From: Alphaproteobacteria bacterium
Lineage (GTDB): Bacteria > Pseudomonadota > Alphaproteobacteria > Bin95
DNA length: 64,000 bases
Direction of reading: 5' to 3'
Assembly (NCBI GenBank): GCA_964291285.2
Contig: OZ219788.1
Coordinates: forward strand, 315,136-379,135
The notes beneath the pieces are model-generated. The model was given only the letters and a program-made list of their open reading frames with translations, ran no database searches and was not told where the DNA came from. A program made the position numbers and the translations under genes. Positions 33,306 through 43,648 of this stretch are shown one piece after another. Within the stretch, counting starts at the first letter, position 1. Each line of letters begins with the position of its first letter.

Positions 33306-33478
33306 GACCGCGTTGTATGTCTTCGATATCGACCAATCAAGAAAACAAGGCCAAATCAGCAAAAATGTTTCACTACATTTTTCTCAACCCGCGCCAATCA
33401 TCACCCCACTATCCAATCATTTCAACAACTTGGCGAAACCGCGCCCGGCAAAAATCGACACCGACTGTTCAAGTTGGG

Positions 33479-33570
33479 TCAAGATCACGCTGGAGAGAAT
33501 CGCCGCCGGCCATCCAAACAGCCGCATCGACGAACTCCTGCCCTGGAGCTTCAAGCCCCCGTCAAGCTGA
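33479..33570 (+). pseudogene. tnpC: IS66 TnpC 3' end (last 28 codons, after the TSD copy)
   Basis: 33484-33570 reads ITLERIAAGHPNSRIDELLPWSFKPPSS*, in frame with ...YAWLK at 9746 once the IS and one TSD copy are removed. Confidence 0.85.
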
Positions 33571-33650
33571 AAGCCGGGTGCCGCCGCCGCACCGCTTACC
33601 TTGGCGCGGGCAGAAGAGCTCTCCGGAGTGGAAGAACCGGACCACTAATA

Positions 33651-34813
33651 CCAGCGGGCATAGTTCAGAACCCATTGGCCCATTTTCGGGTTCCGATGGA
33701 GGCGATGCGTTCTGGTTGTGAGACGAGATTGTTCCAGGCCTGGCAGCAGTGATCGAGTATGTCGTCGTAGTTCTGGAAGACGCGGTTCGAGAGCCAATTT
33801 TCGCGCATGAACTGCCAGACATTCTCGACGGGATTGAGCTCGGGGGACCGGGGCGGGAGCGGCATCAGGGTTATGTTGTCGGGGACTTTGAGGGCCGGGG
33901 ATGTGTGCCATCCGGCCCGGTCGAGCATGACGAGGGCATGGGCTCCGGGTTCAACGGTGAGGGCGACCTCGGCGAGGTGGGCGTTGAGTGCCTCCGTGTT
34001 GGCGTGGGGCATGACGAGGCCGGCGGCCTTGCCCTTCTGCGGGCATATGGCGCCGAAGATGTAGGCCGAGATGGTTCTCTGGTCCTTGGGCGCTGACGGT
34101 CGGGTGCCGCGTTTAGCCCATCGCCGGGTGATCTTGTTCTTCTGCCCGACGCGCGCCTCGTCCTGCCACCAGACTTCGACCTCGACGCCGTCGCCGAGTG
34201 CAGCGCGGATCTCCTTCAGGCGGTCGGGGAAGTTTTTTTGAACCCTGCCAGCGCGGCTTCGTCCTGGGCATAGTGGCGCGGGCGCGCAGAGAGCTTGGCG
34301 TAGCCCATCCGGCGCAACTCCCGCCCGACCGTCGTCTCCGCCAACGAGATGCCGAACTGCTCGCTGAGCCATGCCGCCAGGTCGCAGCGCCGCCACCGCA
34401 CCACGCCGTGGATCGCCGGGTCCGGACCGCTCTCCACAACCGCCGCCAGCGCCGCGCGCTGCTCCCCGTTCAACTTGCGCGGCGGACCTGAGGCCTTGCG
34501 ATCCTTCAATCCCTCCGGGCCTTCCGCGTTGAAGCGAAGAACCCAGTCCCGGATGATCTGCAAGCCCACCCCCGCAAAACGCGCCGCATCCGAACGACGG
34601 TAACCGTCGTAAATCACCGCAAGCGCAAGAAGGCGACGGTTCTGCGAACCATCCCGGCTCCGCTGCGCCAAGCCGCGCAACTGCGCCGCATCAAAATCCT
34701 CCCTCAAGGGGATTGCTGCCCTCATAACGACCCTCCAATCGCAGAATCGCTATTGAGTCAGAACTCGATAACCTTGGGAATCCCCTCAATGAGTCTCAAC
34801 CCTCAACCGCTGG
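33651..34813 (-). mobile_element. IS630-family insertion sequence (1163 bp) flanked by a TA target duplication
   Basis: The inverted ends CCAGCGG (33651-33657) and CCGCTGG (34807-34813) are each flanked by TA (33649-50, 34814-15). Confidence 0.8.
33665..34725 (-). CDS. IS630-family transposase (orfA HTH + orfB DDE) joined by a programmed -1 frameshift
   Basis: orfA ends ...ALAGFKK and orfB continues NFPDRLKEI...WWQDEARVGQK...MLDRAGWH...LPPRSPELNPVENVW. The A7 slippery run on the coding strand is at 34233-34239. Confidence 0.85.
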
Positions 34814-34906
34814 TATAAGGTCTAACCCGGCTACTTGCCGGGATGAATCAAGGCACTTTTCTTCCATAATCTGCCATGCCATGCTGCCCGGCAGGGAGGA
34901 CATGCC

Positions 34907-35059
34907 ATGACCGAGACACGCAAACGAGGACGCCCGGTAGAGAAGCCGGAGCCGGACCCCATACCCGACAGCCCGGAGAATGTGCTGCGCGCGCTTGTGA
35001 CTGCGCCGCCGCGCGCGGAGGACGATTGGGACTATCTCAAGCGGGTGCCCCGGCCGTGA
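34907..35059 (+). CDS. small hypothetical protein (50 aa), below the ORF-track size cut-off
   Basis: My own translation is MTETRKRGRPVEKPEPDPIPDSPENVLRALVTAPPRAEDDWDYLKRVPRP*. It has high GC3 and lies just upstream of an integrase fragment. Confidence 0.35.
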   Translation: MTETRKRGRPVEKPEPDPIPDSPENVLRALVTAPPRAEDDWDYLKRVPRP

Positions 35060-35183
35060 GTCTGGAGTATCGCGAATATGTCGAATGGTGGTGTAGGTCG
35101 TTCCTTGACGTGTCTCATGAATCTGGAAGCATGCCGGCTAACTGGACGGACATAATTGCAGCGTGCATTGAGTTGGCTGCAAA

Positions 35184-35782
35184 GTGCGAGGCTCTGCCAC
35201 CGATTCCTCCAGGATAGGTGCCTTGGCACTTTCGTATATAATCCCCAGGGAAAAGGCCATTGCCGCCATCGCCGAAGCCAAAGCCGACCGCGAGACCGGG
35301 CCGCTGTTCGCCGACTTCGCGGCCGACTTCATGCGCCGCCAGGGGCGGCGCTGGAAACCCTCCACGAGGAAGGCCAACGCCCATCTGATCGAGCGCCGCC
35401 TCGCGCCCTTCTTCGGCGCGATGCCCGTCGCGAAGATCGACCGCGCCGATGTGCGGCGCTGGTTCGATTCCCTCAGCGGAACCCCCGGCAGCGCCAACCG
35501 GACCCTGCCGGTGCTCTCGGTGATGATGCGCCAGGCGGAGCTATGGGACCTTCGCCCGCAGGGCTCCAACCCCTGCCGCAACATGCGGCGCTACAGGACG
35601 GCGCCGCGCGAGCGGTTCCTGTCCCTGGACGAGTTGAAGCGCCTCGGCTTCGTCCTCGACCATGCGGAGGACCGGCAGGCCGCCGCCGCCATCCGCCTGC
35701 TGCTGTTCACCGGCGCCCGGTCGTCCGAGATCGCCGGCCTGCAATGGGACTGGATACGGGACACCCGCGCGGTGTTGCCGGA
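35184..35782 (+). pseudogene. tyrosine integrase fragment (third paralog), missing both the N-terminal arm domain and the C-terminal catalytic half
   Basis: ...FADFAADFMRRQGRRWKPST...IDRADVRRWFDSLSGTPGSANRTLPVLSVMMRQAELWDLRPQGSNPC...LLLFTGARSSEIAGLQWDWI... aligns with int1 residues ~95-265. The C-terminal cut is at the IS21 end (35783). Confidence 0.8.
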
Positions 35783-35972
35783 TGTCAATCGGCGTTCAAA
35801 GTTGACCCCGGATCGGCGCGGAAGATTGACCCCTCTGTAGGTTGTCCCGGTAGTCAACAGGAGGGCCCCGCGCGGCTCCGCGTAGCGCCCTGCGATACGT
35901 GGAGCGGAGCCGCGCGGGAGGTGCCTGTTGACCCACCGGGGCAACCGGGCCGCCGGCCTGGGCGTCGCCGGG

Positions 35973-36701
35973 TCACGATCGATGTTTGAAGCGCCAGCTC
36001 TCGTTGCCGGTTTCGACAATGTCGCAATGATGGGTCAGGCGGTCGAGGAGCGCGGTGGTCATCTTGGGATCGCCGAACACGGAGGGCCATTCGCCGAAGG
36101 CGAGGTTTGTGGTGATGATGATCGAGGTGCGCTCGTAGAGCCGGCTCATCAGGTGGAAGAGCAGCTGTCCTCCGGCCTGGGCGAAGGGGAGGTATCCGAG
36201 TTCGTCGAGGACGACGAAGTCGCGCCGGGCGAGCTGCTGGGCGGTACGACCCTGGCGCCCGGCGCGATGCTCGGCCTCAAGCAGATTGACCAGGTCGACG
36301 GTGTTGTAGCAGCGCCCGCGGCAGCCCTGCCGGATGCAGGCGCGCACGATGGCGACGGCAAGATGCGTTTTGCCGCTGCCGGTTCCGCCGACCAGGACGA
36401 GATTGCGCTTTCCTTCCAGGAAGGCGCCGGTGACCAGTTCCTGGATCAGGGCCTCGTTGACCGGGGAGGCCGCGAAGTCGAAGTCGGCCAGTTCCTTGGC
36501 CATCGGCAGCCTGGCGCTTGCCATCTGGTATTTGATCGAGCGCGCCGTCTTGTCGGCGATCTCGGCCTGCAGCAGCGCGGCGATGATCTTCGGCGCCGGG
36601 TGGCGGCGCTTGATGGCGTCGGCGAGGATATCGTCCCAGGCGGCGCGCATGCCCGACAGCTTGAGGGCGGTCATCATCGCCAACACGTCATGACGCTCCA
36701 T
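35973..36701 (-). CDS. istB: IS21-family helper ATPase IstB
   Basis: Walker [14 protein letters not shown] and ...[11 protein letters not shown].... Confidence 0.9.
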   Translation of the reverse strand: MERHDVLAMMTALKLSGMRAAWDDILADAIKRRHPAPKIIAALLQAEIADKTARSIKYQMASARLPMAKELADFDFAASPVNEALIQELVTGAFLEGKRNLVLVGGTGSGKTHLAVAIVRACIRQGCRGRCYNTVDLVNLLEAEHRAGRQGRTAQQLARRDFVVLDELGYLPFAQAGGQLLFHLMSRLYERTSIIITTNLAFGEWPSVFGDPKMTTALLDRLTHHCDIVETGNESWRFKHRS

Positions 36702-38202
36702 GGCCGGCCTCCCTCAGACGGTCGTAGCGGTGGCAGTCGGCCACTGGCTGATGGCGAAGCTGCAAGCCCTCGGGCGTCGGGATGGGCGGAACCGGCGCCG
36801 GCTGGCGATGCCGGGCGAGGATGTTGAGCACGACGTCGGCGCTGCAGGCGCCATTGGCGAGCGCCTCGGCGCAGGCGGCTTCGACCGCCTCAAGTCCGTC
36901 CTCCAGAACCGCTGTAAGGATCCGGACGATCTGGCGGTCGCCATCGTCATGGCCGGACAGCCGGGCTCGCAGCCGACCGAGGGCATCGGGCAACGGCCAG
37001 TCCTTGAAGGGCGCGCCGTTGCGCAGCGCGCCGGGCTTGCGTGCCAGGATCGGCACGTAGTGCCACGGATCGCAGGTGACCGTGCCGCGCGCGAAGCTCC
37101 GGGGGTGCTCGGCAACCGTCTCGCCGTCCTGGCGGATGACGATCCGGTTGGCGTAGGCCCGCACGTCGACCGGCCGGCCGACGGCGCGGGCGGCAACGCT
37201 GTAGTGGTTGTTGTCGAAGCGCACCAGGCAGGTCTTCGAGACCGCCGACTCAACCGCGTGGAAGCCGTCGAACGGACCGCAATACCCCACCAGGAACGGC
37301 TGCTCCTCCTCGAACACCTCCCACACCGTCTTGCCCGCGATCGACGGATGCGCGCGGCGCTTGGCGTCCCGGATGCAGGCGTCCATGAGCCATGCGTTCA
37401 GCTCATCATGGGAGCGGCCCCGCAGGCGCGGCACGAACAGGCGGCTGCGGGCGTAGCCCACCTGGTTCTCTACCTGGCCCTTCTCCCATGCCGCCCCGGG
37501 GGTGCAGGCCACAGGCTCTACCAGGTGATGGGAGCACATCTCCAGGAAGCGACGGTTGTAGGCGCGCTCCTTGCCGATGAAGATCGCGCTCACCGCCGTC
37601 TTCATATTGTCGTAGATCCCCCGGCGGCACGACCCGCCGAAGAGCCGGAACGCCCGCTCGTGCGCCTCGAACACCATCTCCTGGCCTTCGCGCGGGAAGA
37701 CCTGCACCAGCATCATGCGGCTGTGGCAAAGGCGCATGTGCGCCGCCTTCACCCGGGTCGTCACGCCCGACAGAACCGCGTATTCGTGGCTCCAGTCGAA
37801 CTGGTAGGCCTCGCCGGGGGCAAAGCTCAGCGGCACGAACGCCTGCGAAGCCGACAAGGCACGGCGCTCGCGGCGCCAGACGCCGGCATAGCGACGAACG
37901 GCGTCATAACCGCCGGCATAGCCCAACGCCGCCAGCTCCTCATACATCCGCATCAGCGACAGGCGATCCCGGCGAGCCTTCTTCTCGTTCGCCTCCAGAT
38001 AGCCGTCCAGAACCTCGATCCACGGACCCGGCTTTGGACGCGACTGAACCTTCCGCCCGTAGCTGAACGACGTCTCTCCGCTCCGGACCGCCTTGCGGAC
38101 CGTGTTCCGGGATACCTTCAGCTCCCGGACAAGCTTCTTGATCGGGACCCCCTTGCCCAGATGCTCTCGACGGATACGCGCGATCGTCTCCACAACCAAC
38201 AT
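36688..38202 (-). CDS. istA: IS21-family transposase IstA (504 aa)
   Basis: HTH N-terminus ([19 protein letters not shown]) and a DDE core (YQFDWSHE...MLVQVFPRE...YDNMKTAV). Confidence 0.9.
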   Translation of the reverse strand: MLVVETIARIRREHLGKGVPIKKLVRELKVSRNTVRKAVRSGETSFSYGRKVQSRPKPGPWIEVLDGYLEANEKKARRDRLSLMRMYEELAALGYAGGYDAVRRYAGVWRRERRALSASQAFVPLSFAPGEAYQFDWSHEYAVLSGVTTRVKAAHMRLCHSRMMLVQVFPREGQEMVFEAHERAFRLFGGSCRRGIYDNMKTAVSAIFIGKERAYNRRFLEMCSHHLVEPVACTPGAAWEKGQVENQVGYARSRLFVPRLRGRSHDELNAWLMDACIRDAKRRAHPSIAGKTVWEVFEEEQPFLVGYCGPFDGFHAVESAVSKTCLVRFDNNHYSVAARAVGRPVDVRAYANRIVIRQDGETVAEHPRSFARGTVTCDPWHYVPILARKPGALRNGAPFKDWPLPDALGRLRARLSGHDDGDRQIVRILTAVLEDGLEAVEAACAEALANGACSADVVLNILARHRQPAPVPPIPTPEGLQLRHQPVADCHRYDRLREAGHGAS

Positions 38203-38556
38203 CTCCCACCTCCTCGTCCATCAAGAAAACGAGGCGGCTTCAAAGGACACAGCCCTCGGGGGGTCAATTTTGGAAGCCGATCACCCCCGAACGGGGGTCA
38301 ATATTCCACGCCGAATTACACACAGTGCAGCCGTCGACTGGATGCTCTCGGCCATCCGTCCCCATGAGTGCTCGATTCTGCTTGCCGGCTGCGGGGTCAC
38401 GGTCGAGGATCTGGCCCGACATGCCCGGACTCACCACTACCAGCGCCGTCTCTTGTGCGCTACCTCAACCAATTCGTCTTTCCCCCGCTGTAGCCTCCAC
38501 GCCCTGAAGGGGATGGGGCGTGCCGCGCCAAAGCTGCTCGAGAGAGAGGCCACGAA

Positions 38557-38730
38557 ATGACGGACATCGACAGGAACCGGCCGGAGGCGCCCGCCGAAGC
38601 GGAGCCGAAAGAGGAGACGAGCCGGGCATCGACGGCGCGGCGCGAGGCAACATCCGATGCGATGATGCAGGCCATCGAGGACGACATAGACCGGCGCTCG
38701 GGCGTCTATCGGCACCTGGCGGCTTCCTGA
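38557..38730 (+). CDS. small hypothetical protein (57 aa), below the ORF-track cut-off
   Basis: SD GAGAGAGAGG lies 7 nt upstream. My translation is MTDIDRNRPEAPAEAEPKEETSRASTARREATSDAMMQAIEDDIDRRSGVYRHLAAS*. Confidence 0.35.
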   Translation: MTDIDRNRPEAPAEAEPKEETSRASTARREATSDAMMQAIEDDIDRRSGVYRHLAAS

Positions 38731-38901
38731 CAGCCCGGAGGCGCTGCGATGGCCCCTGACCTCCACTGGTCGCATGATCCCGCGGGTATGAAGCTCCCGG
38801 TGCACCGGCCGTCTCCCCCCGGGATCCCGTAGATCCCGGGAGAAGAAAAGACCCTGCGTGAGCGCATGCGTCTGCGAATCGCGCCGGTCTGGGGGCGGCC
38901 G

Positions 38902-41900
38902 TTAGAGCGCTGTCCACGCATTGCGGACCTCTACGAATTCACTGGAGTCGCTACAGATCGCCCGCCAGCGCCTGATCGATCCCGGCTCCTCCTTCCCCAA
39001 CGCGCTGTAGCGCTCAGCCAACGCCGATGCCAGGGCCGCGGCCGAGGCCCGGGTCGGGATCAGTTCGTCCCCATCGTTACCCCTGACGCGGTTCTGATCG
39101 GTTTCTTCGGAGATATGACCGAGGCCTGCCAGCAGACCGCATTCTCTCTCCCTGGGCAGGAACCAGGGCAGCCTCCTGACCAGGCTCCCCGTATAGCGCA
39201 GCCTCGCGGCAAGCGCTGGACGGTGGCGCCACCAGATACCATCGGCAAGCGTCGTCTCCACTGCGGAAAATGTCTCGCGCCTGTCCTCCGGCAGCGTATG
39301 CGCCGCCAGAAGTTCCGTCGCAGACAGCGCATCGACTATCACGCCGCGCTCGGTGTCAGACAACGCGGCCTTCACTCGCCCGATCACCCGTTCCAGCATT
39401 TCGGGCACGACCTTCAAGGCCGCCGCTTCGAGCCTCAATGCAGGGATGCCGTCTCCCTCTAGGTCCGCAAGGAACGTCCGTAGCGCATCTGCCAGATTGT
39501 CGTTGTCGACTGCTGCGGGGACGCGGGCAAATACGGCTGAAAGGGCGTCAACGCCTCCAGAAATTACCTTATGAGTGTGTTCAGCAACTGAACCGACAAA
39601 CGGATCCGGCTGGGAGTCATGCGTCCCGTGCTTGTTGCTCCGCCACCAGTTCGAGGCTTCCGCAAGCAGCTCCTTCGCCTCCGGACGGGTCCATTTGACC
39701 CAAAACGCCGAGTTGCGTAGCTCGTTCATGGAGTTGTCCGGGACGGTGCGTCCCCAATGTGGAATTTTCGACCTCAAGCGCTGCTTCACGAGCGGCTCAG
39801 GGTCGATGTCGGCGGGGTGAGGCAATCTCAGACACATGAAGTCGGGGTATCCAGGCACCACCGGCACTTCCGGCGCTTCCACGCCGTCCCACACCAAGTT
39901 CCCGAGGCGTTTGGACTGTTCTTCGTCCAGCTGGTCTTTCTCGTGCAGCCAGACAAGCGGCGCTGCCGCCCAGTCCCGCTCGGCCTTGGAGGTGCTGCAC
40001 GACATCCGATCTAGCAATTCGTCGACCTTGCCGGGCTGTATGCCGAGTGCTCCTGGCCGAACCGGTTCAGGCAGATTCACCAACAATACCGGGTGAACGT
40101 GTTCCCCAACCGGAATCCCTCCGCCAGGCCCCATCGGTAACGGCTGCGGGAGCCCGATCAACGTCGGCGCTGCCCGCGCCAGCTCCACTGCCGACATGCT
40201 TTCGAGAAGACGATGAACAAACCGGGGGATGTTGAACACCAGCCTCCATCTGAGCGGCAGGCCGTAGATCCGACCGAGCATTTCCACCAGGCACTCTCGG
40301 TATTCTGGTGAGCACTTGCAGCAGAGGCGCGAAAACACCTCCGGGAGCGTACGCGCGAGCGGCTCGAGAATTCCGTCGCCGGACGGAGCCGTTCCTTCGA
40401 ACATGGACACTATGCGGTCCAGCGCCTTTAGGTAAGCGTCGCAATGCCTATCGACTTCGGTTTGCGTCAGGCCAGCGAGATACTCACGGTCGAACAGGCT
40501 GTCTGCGGCTCTCTCGCTGCCCAGGCGGGCGATGGCCACCAATGCCCAGTGCGGCGACTGCATGCCCATGCGACGCACTGCGCCCTCGAGCCACCTGCCA
40601 ACGAACGTTGTGTATCCAATGCGGTAGGGCATGCCGAGGTCTTCGTACATCCGCAGCAGCCTGTAGGCCGAAAGCGCCTCTTCATCGGGGCCGAAGCGGT
40701 AGTTTCTGAATACAAGGCCGGTATCGAAATCAGGGGTCTCTACCCTCGTGCTCCAAGGAGGAGTCGGCGGAGCAGACCGGACATGCGCGGACAACAATTC
40801 CACCTCGCGATGCGGCGCGCAGTTGTATCGGACCAGCTCGTTCTGCCGCTCCGTCAGGTCCCGCAGGTCGATGCCGCTGGGTTGCTCCGAATCCTCTTCC
40901 ACCGTCAGCAGGCCGGAGTCGAGCATCTGGTAATGAAGCATTACCACTGACTCCTGCGAGACGAGCGTGTAGTCGTCGGCGCCCCGGTTCTGGCGCTGCT
41001 GTCGACGGATGGTCGCAAGGCTCGATTCAAGAGCCGGGCGGGCGTCCTTATCCCCCTGCAACTCTGCCAGCAGGACGGTGCGGTTTGCGTCCAGGAAGGG
41101 CGTGGCATCGTTGTCTGGCCACTCGTCGGCCAGCAGCTGCCTGGCTTCCTCCGGGTCGAAACGGAACAGCGCCTGCAACGCTGTCTCAAGCCGGAACCGG
41201 GCCCTGTATTCGAGCGTTATGGCGTTGAGGTTGAGGCTTGCCTCGAGCCTCCTCCTTACCGCCTCCCATTCGTCATGCAGGCCCTGCTCACGATAGTGCC
41301 GCATCAGCCATAGCCGGACTTCGAAGACGGCGGCGACTACACAGGTTGTCTCCCTGCCAACCTCTTCCAGAAACTCCGCCGAAGCGTTGCCGTATTTGTG
41401 CTCAACCTCTTCCAGAAACGACGACAGGTCGCCCACCGTCGGCACCCTGAGCGGCATAAGGCACCGGTCTAGGCGCCACGCCAGCTCGAACGCCAGGTCC
41501 AGGTCTAGGCCCGGCTCCAGCGCTTGTCGTTCCGCTCCCGACAATCCGGACAGATGCGACAGCCAGTTTTCGGTGTGGAGCCAAAGTTGCAGTCGCCCTT
41601 CTGCCGGCGCCACCACCCAGCCCGGGTAGTCGAGGCGTTGTCGGCGCCATTCCTCCACGACTTCGCCGTACCTGTGGGGATCGCTCTGCCGTAACCAAGG
41701 CTGCTCTTCCGGCGACACCCTTGGCCATTCCGAGACCCGCGGCTTGCGCTCCTCAAGTTCCTTCAGGAGCCAGTTCAACGCTTCTTCTTCGCGTTTTTCG
41801 TGGCCCGGCGCGATCCACGACAGGTCGATCGGGACAATGCCCCGGTCGCAGAGCAGCTGGTTGTCTGCCTCACCAAGGCGACCGAGTGCGACAAGATAAA

Positions 41901-42585
41901 TCCCGAGCGCGTCCTTCCTCCCGATATGGTCGCGCATCCAGCCGAGCCATTGCAGGAAGTTCGGGTCGTCCGCCGAAAAGCCGACTAGGCATAGCTTGTT
42001 CTCAAGCAGGGCCTGGCGAACCGTGTTTACAAACGGATCGTGGTCGAGAGGATATCGGCGATAGTCCTCCTCGGTGATGATGAACGGCCCCTCCGGGAAG
42101 CTGCCGTGCAGCTTGACGATCCTCGCCCCCTCCGCATCCGGGATTTCCTTCTCCGTGGTGACGACGGTGTAATGCTTGAGCGGTACGGCCGGCAACGCCC
42201 GCTCCAGGAGCGTGTCGTAGTTCGTCGTGAACACATCCTTCCAGGGCAAGCCCAGCAACCGGCTATGTAACAGCGATGGCGGATGCCGGTCGGGGATGGC
42301 CTGACGGAGCAGGTCGTCCAGGGCAGGTCGCCCGAACATGGCCTGGACCTGCCCGGCCAATTTGAGAATGTCCAGATACCTGGCGTCATCTCCCGGAGAA
42401 CATCCGTGAATTCTTTCGTAGAACCGGTCCCCCAGCTTCTGCCAGATCGGGAATTCCGAACTCGCATTCAGGCTGAACCCCGCGCCGACCATCACGGCAG
42501 CCTTGTTCGCCCACAACCGGGCTGCGAGATCGTCGAGACAGCATTTCACATGGGCAGGGGCCTCGTCGGACATTGCCAGCCTCAT
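38902..42585 (-). CDS. second giant SIR2-like (SIR2_2-type) protein, 1227 aa (probably 1223 aa from ATG 42573), stand-alone
   Basis: AAVMVGAGFSLNAS...VFTTNYDTLLE...IVKLHGS...LCLVGFSADDPNF is followed by ~950 aa of helical sequence. GAGG lies 6 nt upstream of ATG 42573. Confidence 0.8.
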   Translation of the reverse strand: MRLAMSDEAPAHVKCCLDDLAARLWANKAAVMVGAGFSLNASSEFPIWQKLGDRFYERIHGCSPGDDARYLDILKLAGQVQAMFGRPALDDLLRQAIPDRHPPSLLHSRLLGLPWKDVFTTNYDTLLERALPAVPLKHYTVVTTEKEIPDAEGARIVKLHGSFPEGPFIITEEDYRRYPLDHDPFVNTVRQALLENKLCLVGFSADDPNFLQWLGWMRDHIGRKDALGIYLVALGRLGEADNQLLCDRGIVPIDLSWIAPGHEKREEEALNWLLKELEERKPRVSEWPRVSPEEQPWLRQSDPHRYGEVVEEWRRQRLDYPGWVVAPAEGRLQLWLHTENWLSHLSGLSGAERQALEPGLDLDLAFELAWRLDRCLMPLRVPTVGDLSSFLEEVEHKYGNASAEFLEEVGRETTCVVAAVFEVRLWLMRHYREQGLHDEWEAVRRRLEASLNLNAITLEYRARFRLETALQALFRFDPEEARQLLADEWPDNDATPFLDANRTVLLAELQGDKDARPALESSLATIRRQQRQNRGADDYTLVSQESVVMLHYQMLDSGLLTVEEDSEQPSGIDLRDLTERQNELVRYNCAPHREVELLSAHVRSAPPTPPWSTRVETPDFDTGLVFRNYRFGPDEEALSAYRLLRMYEDLGMPYRIGYTTFVGRWLEGAVRRMGMQSPHWALVAIARLGSERAADSLFDREYLAGLTQTEVDRHCDAYLKALDRIVSMFEGTAPSGDGILEPLARTLPEVFSRLCCKCSPEYRECLVEMLGRIYGLPLRWRLVFNIPRFVHRLLESMSAVELARAAPTLIGLPQPLPMGPGGGIPVGEHVHPVLLVNLPEPVRPGALGIQPGKVDELLDRMSCSTSKAERDWAAAPLVWLHEKDQLDEEQSKRLGNLVWDGVEAPEVPVVPGYPDFMCLRLPHPADIDPEPLVKQRLRSKIPHWGRTVPDNSMNELRNSAFWVKWTRPEAKELLAEASNWWRSNKHGTHDSQPDPFVGSVAEHTHKVISGGVDALSAVFARVPAAVDNDNLADALRTFLADLEGDGIPALRLEAAALKVVPEMLERVIGRVKAALSDTERGVIVDALSATELLAAHTLPEDRRETFSAVETTLADGIWWRHRPALAARLRYTGSLVRRLPWFLPRERECGLLAGLGHISEETDQNRVRGNDGDELIPTRASAAALASALAERYSALGKEEPGSIRRWRAICSDSSEFVEVRNAWTAL

Positions 42586-42951
42586 CCATCGAAGCGAATG
42601 GCCAACCCTAGTCCCGTTCTCTCCACAGCGCTACGCCGGCCTTCAGCGGCATCCTTCGGCCGCATTGTCGTAATCGGGATGAGCCTGAATTTTTTGTTGC
42701 CCCACTTCCAGTCTGAAGTGCAACATCCGGCCCTCATCGCAGTGAGGGGCGTAGCCCGAACGGAGATGAGGTCCAGATGTTACACAAATTTTCCCCCTCT
42801 GTCCCTCTCGATTCCGCCCGGGAACAGCTTCAGTTCCTTCAACATCGAGCTTATGCAACGCCTTTGTCGGCTTCAAGCCACTGTTTCGCCGTCGCGCGGC
42901 ATGGACCCTGCTGCACGTTGCGGCTTCGGAACGCAGATGGTCAGGGCGGTT

Positions 42952-43648
42952 TCACTTCAAGATTACCTCCGTCGGCGATCCCGGGACTTTCCGAGTGTTG
43001 AGCCGATCCTGTACCTTCTGAACATCTTCGTTGCATGTCGCGCGAAAGTCCGTGCCCTTCGGGAAGTACTCCCGCACCAGGCCGTTGGTGTGCTCATTCA
43101 AGCCGCGCTCCCGGGAATGGAAAGGCGAAGAAGAAATCTGCGTCAAGTGCGACACGGCTGTGGTCTGCGAACTCCTTGCCGTTGTGATTGTGTGGACCAA
43201 TAGCGCACCAGAGCCGAGCAGGCGGATCATGACCGAACCGACCGTGTCTTTCTGTCCACCCGGCCGGAATGGCATCCGCCCTTCCAGTTCGGCTTCTTGC
43301 CGCGCCGCCGAAGCTTCTTCCACAAGACGCCCCCGGCTCTCCGGTCTTCGGCGATCATGGATCCGTTCACGGCCCTCCAGTCGAAAACGGCCGCTGCTCG
43401 GAACCCTCCCGCAGCTTTTCCTGAGCTTCAACCCGAGGCGTCAACCGCCAGGAAACAGACGAGGCTGCCCTGCGTTTCTGCCATCCTTTGCGCCTGCTTG
43501 TGACGGTAACCCCGTCCCCCGGTGTTGCGCTTGATCTCCCGGAAAATTCGGTCACGGCCCGGCTGCCGAGCAATCGTACCTTGTGAAAGACCGCTTTTCT
43601 GCCTCAATCTGGCATCGCTCTTCGCAGGTGACGGTAGCCTTTGGACAT
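42952..43648 (-). pseudogene. IS30-family transposase remnant with several frameshifts and internal deletions
   Basis: The N-terminus MSKGYRHL..CEERCQIEA...IARQPGRDRIFREIKRNTGGRGYRHKQAQ and the C-terminus ...ERGLNEHTNGLVREYFPKGTDF...LNTR lie in different frames. Only ~700 bp remain. Confidence 0.65.

Larger units (their letters stand above)
35783..38320 (-). mobile_element. IS21-family insertion sequence no. 2 (2538 bp)
   Basis: The ends TGTCAATCGGCGTTCAAAGTTGACCCC and the complement TGTAATTCGGCGTGGAATATTGACCCC match. No matching TSD is found (TTGCCGGA vs CACAGTGC). Confidence 0.8.

Noticed and set aside
42643-42876. 77-aa ORF upstream of the second SIR2 gene as a possible partner
   Set aside because: Poor codon bias and no SD. 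It lies in the likely promoter/IS30-end region. The translation has no protein-like features.
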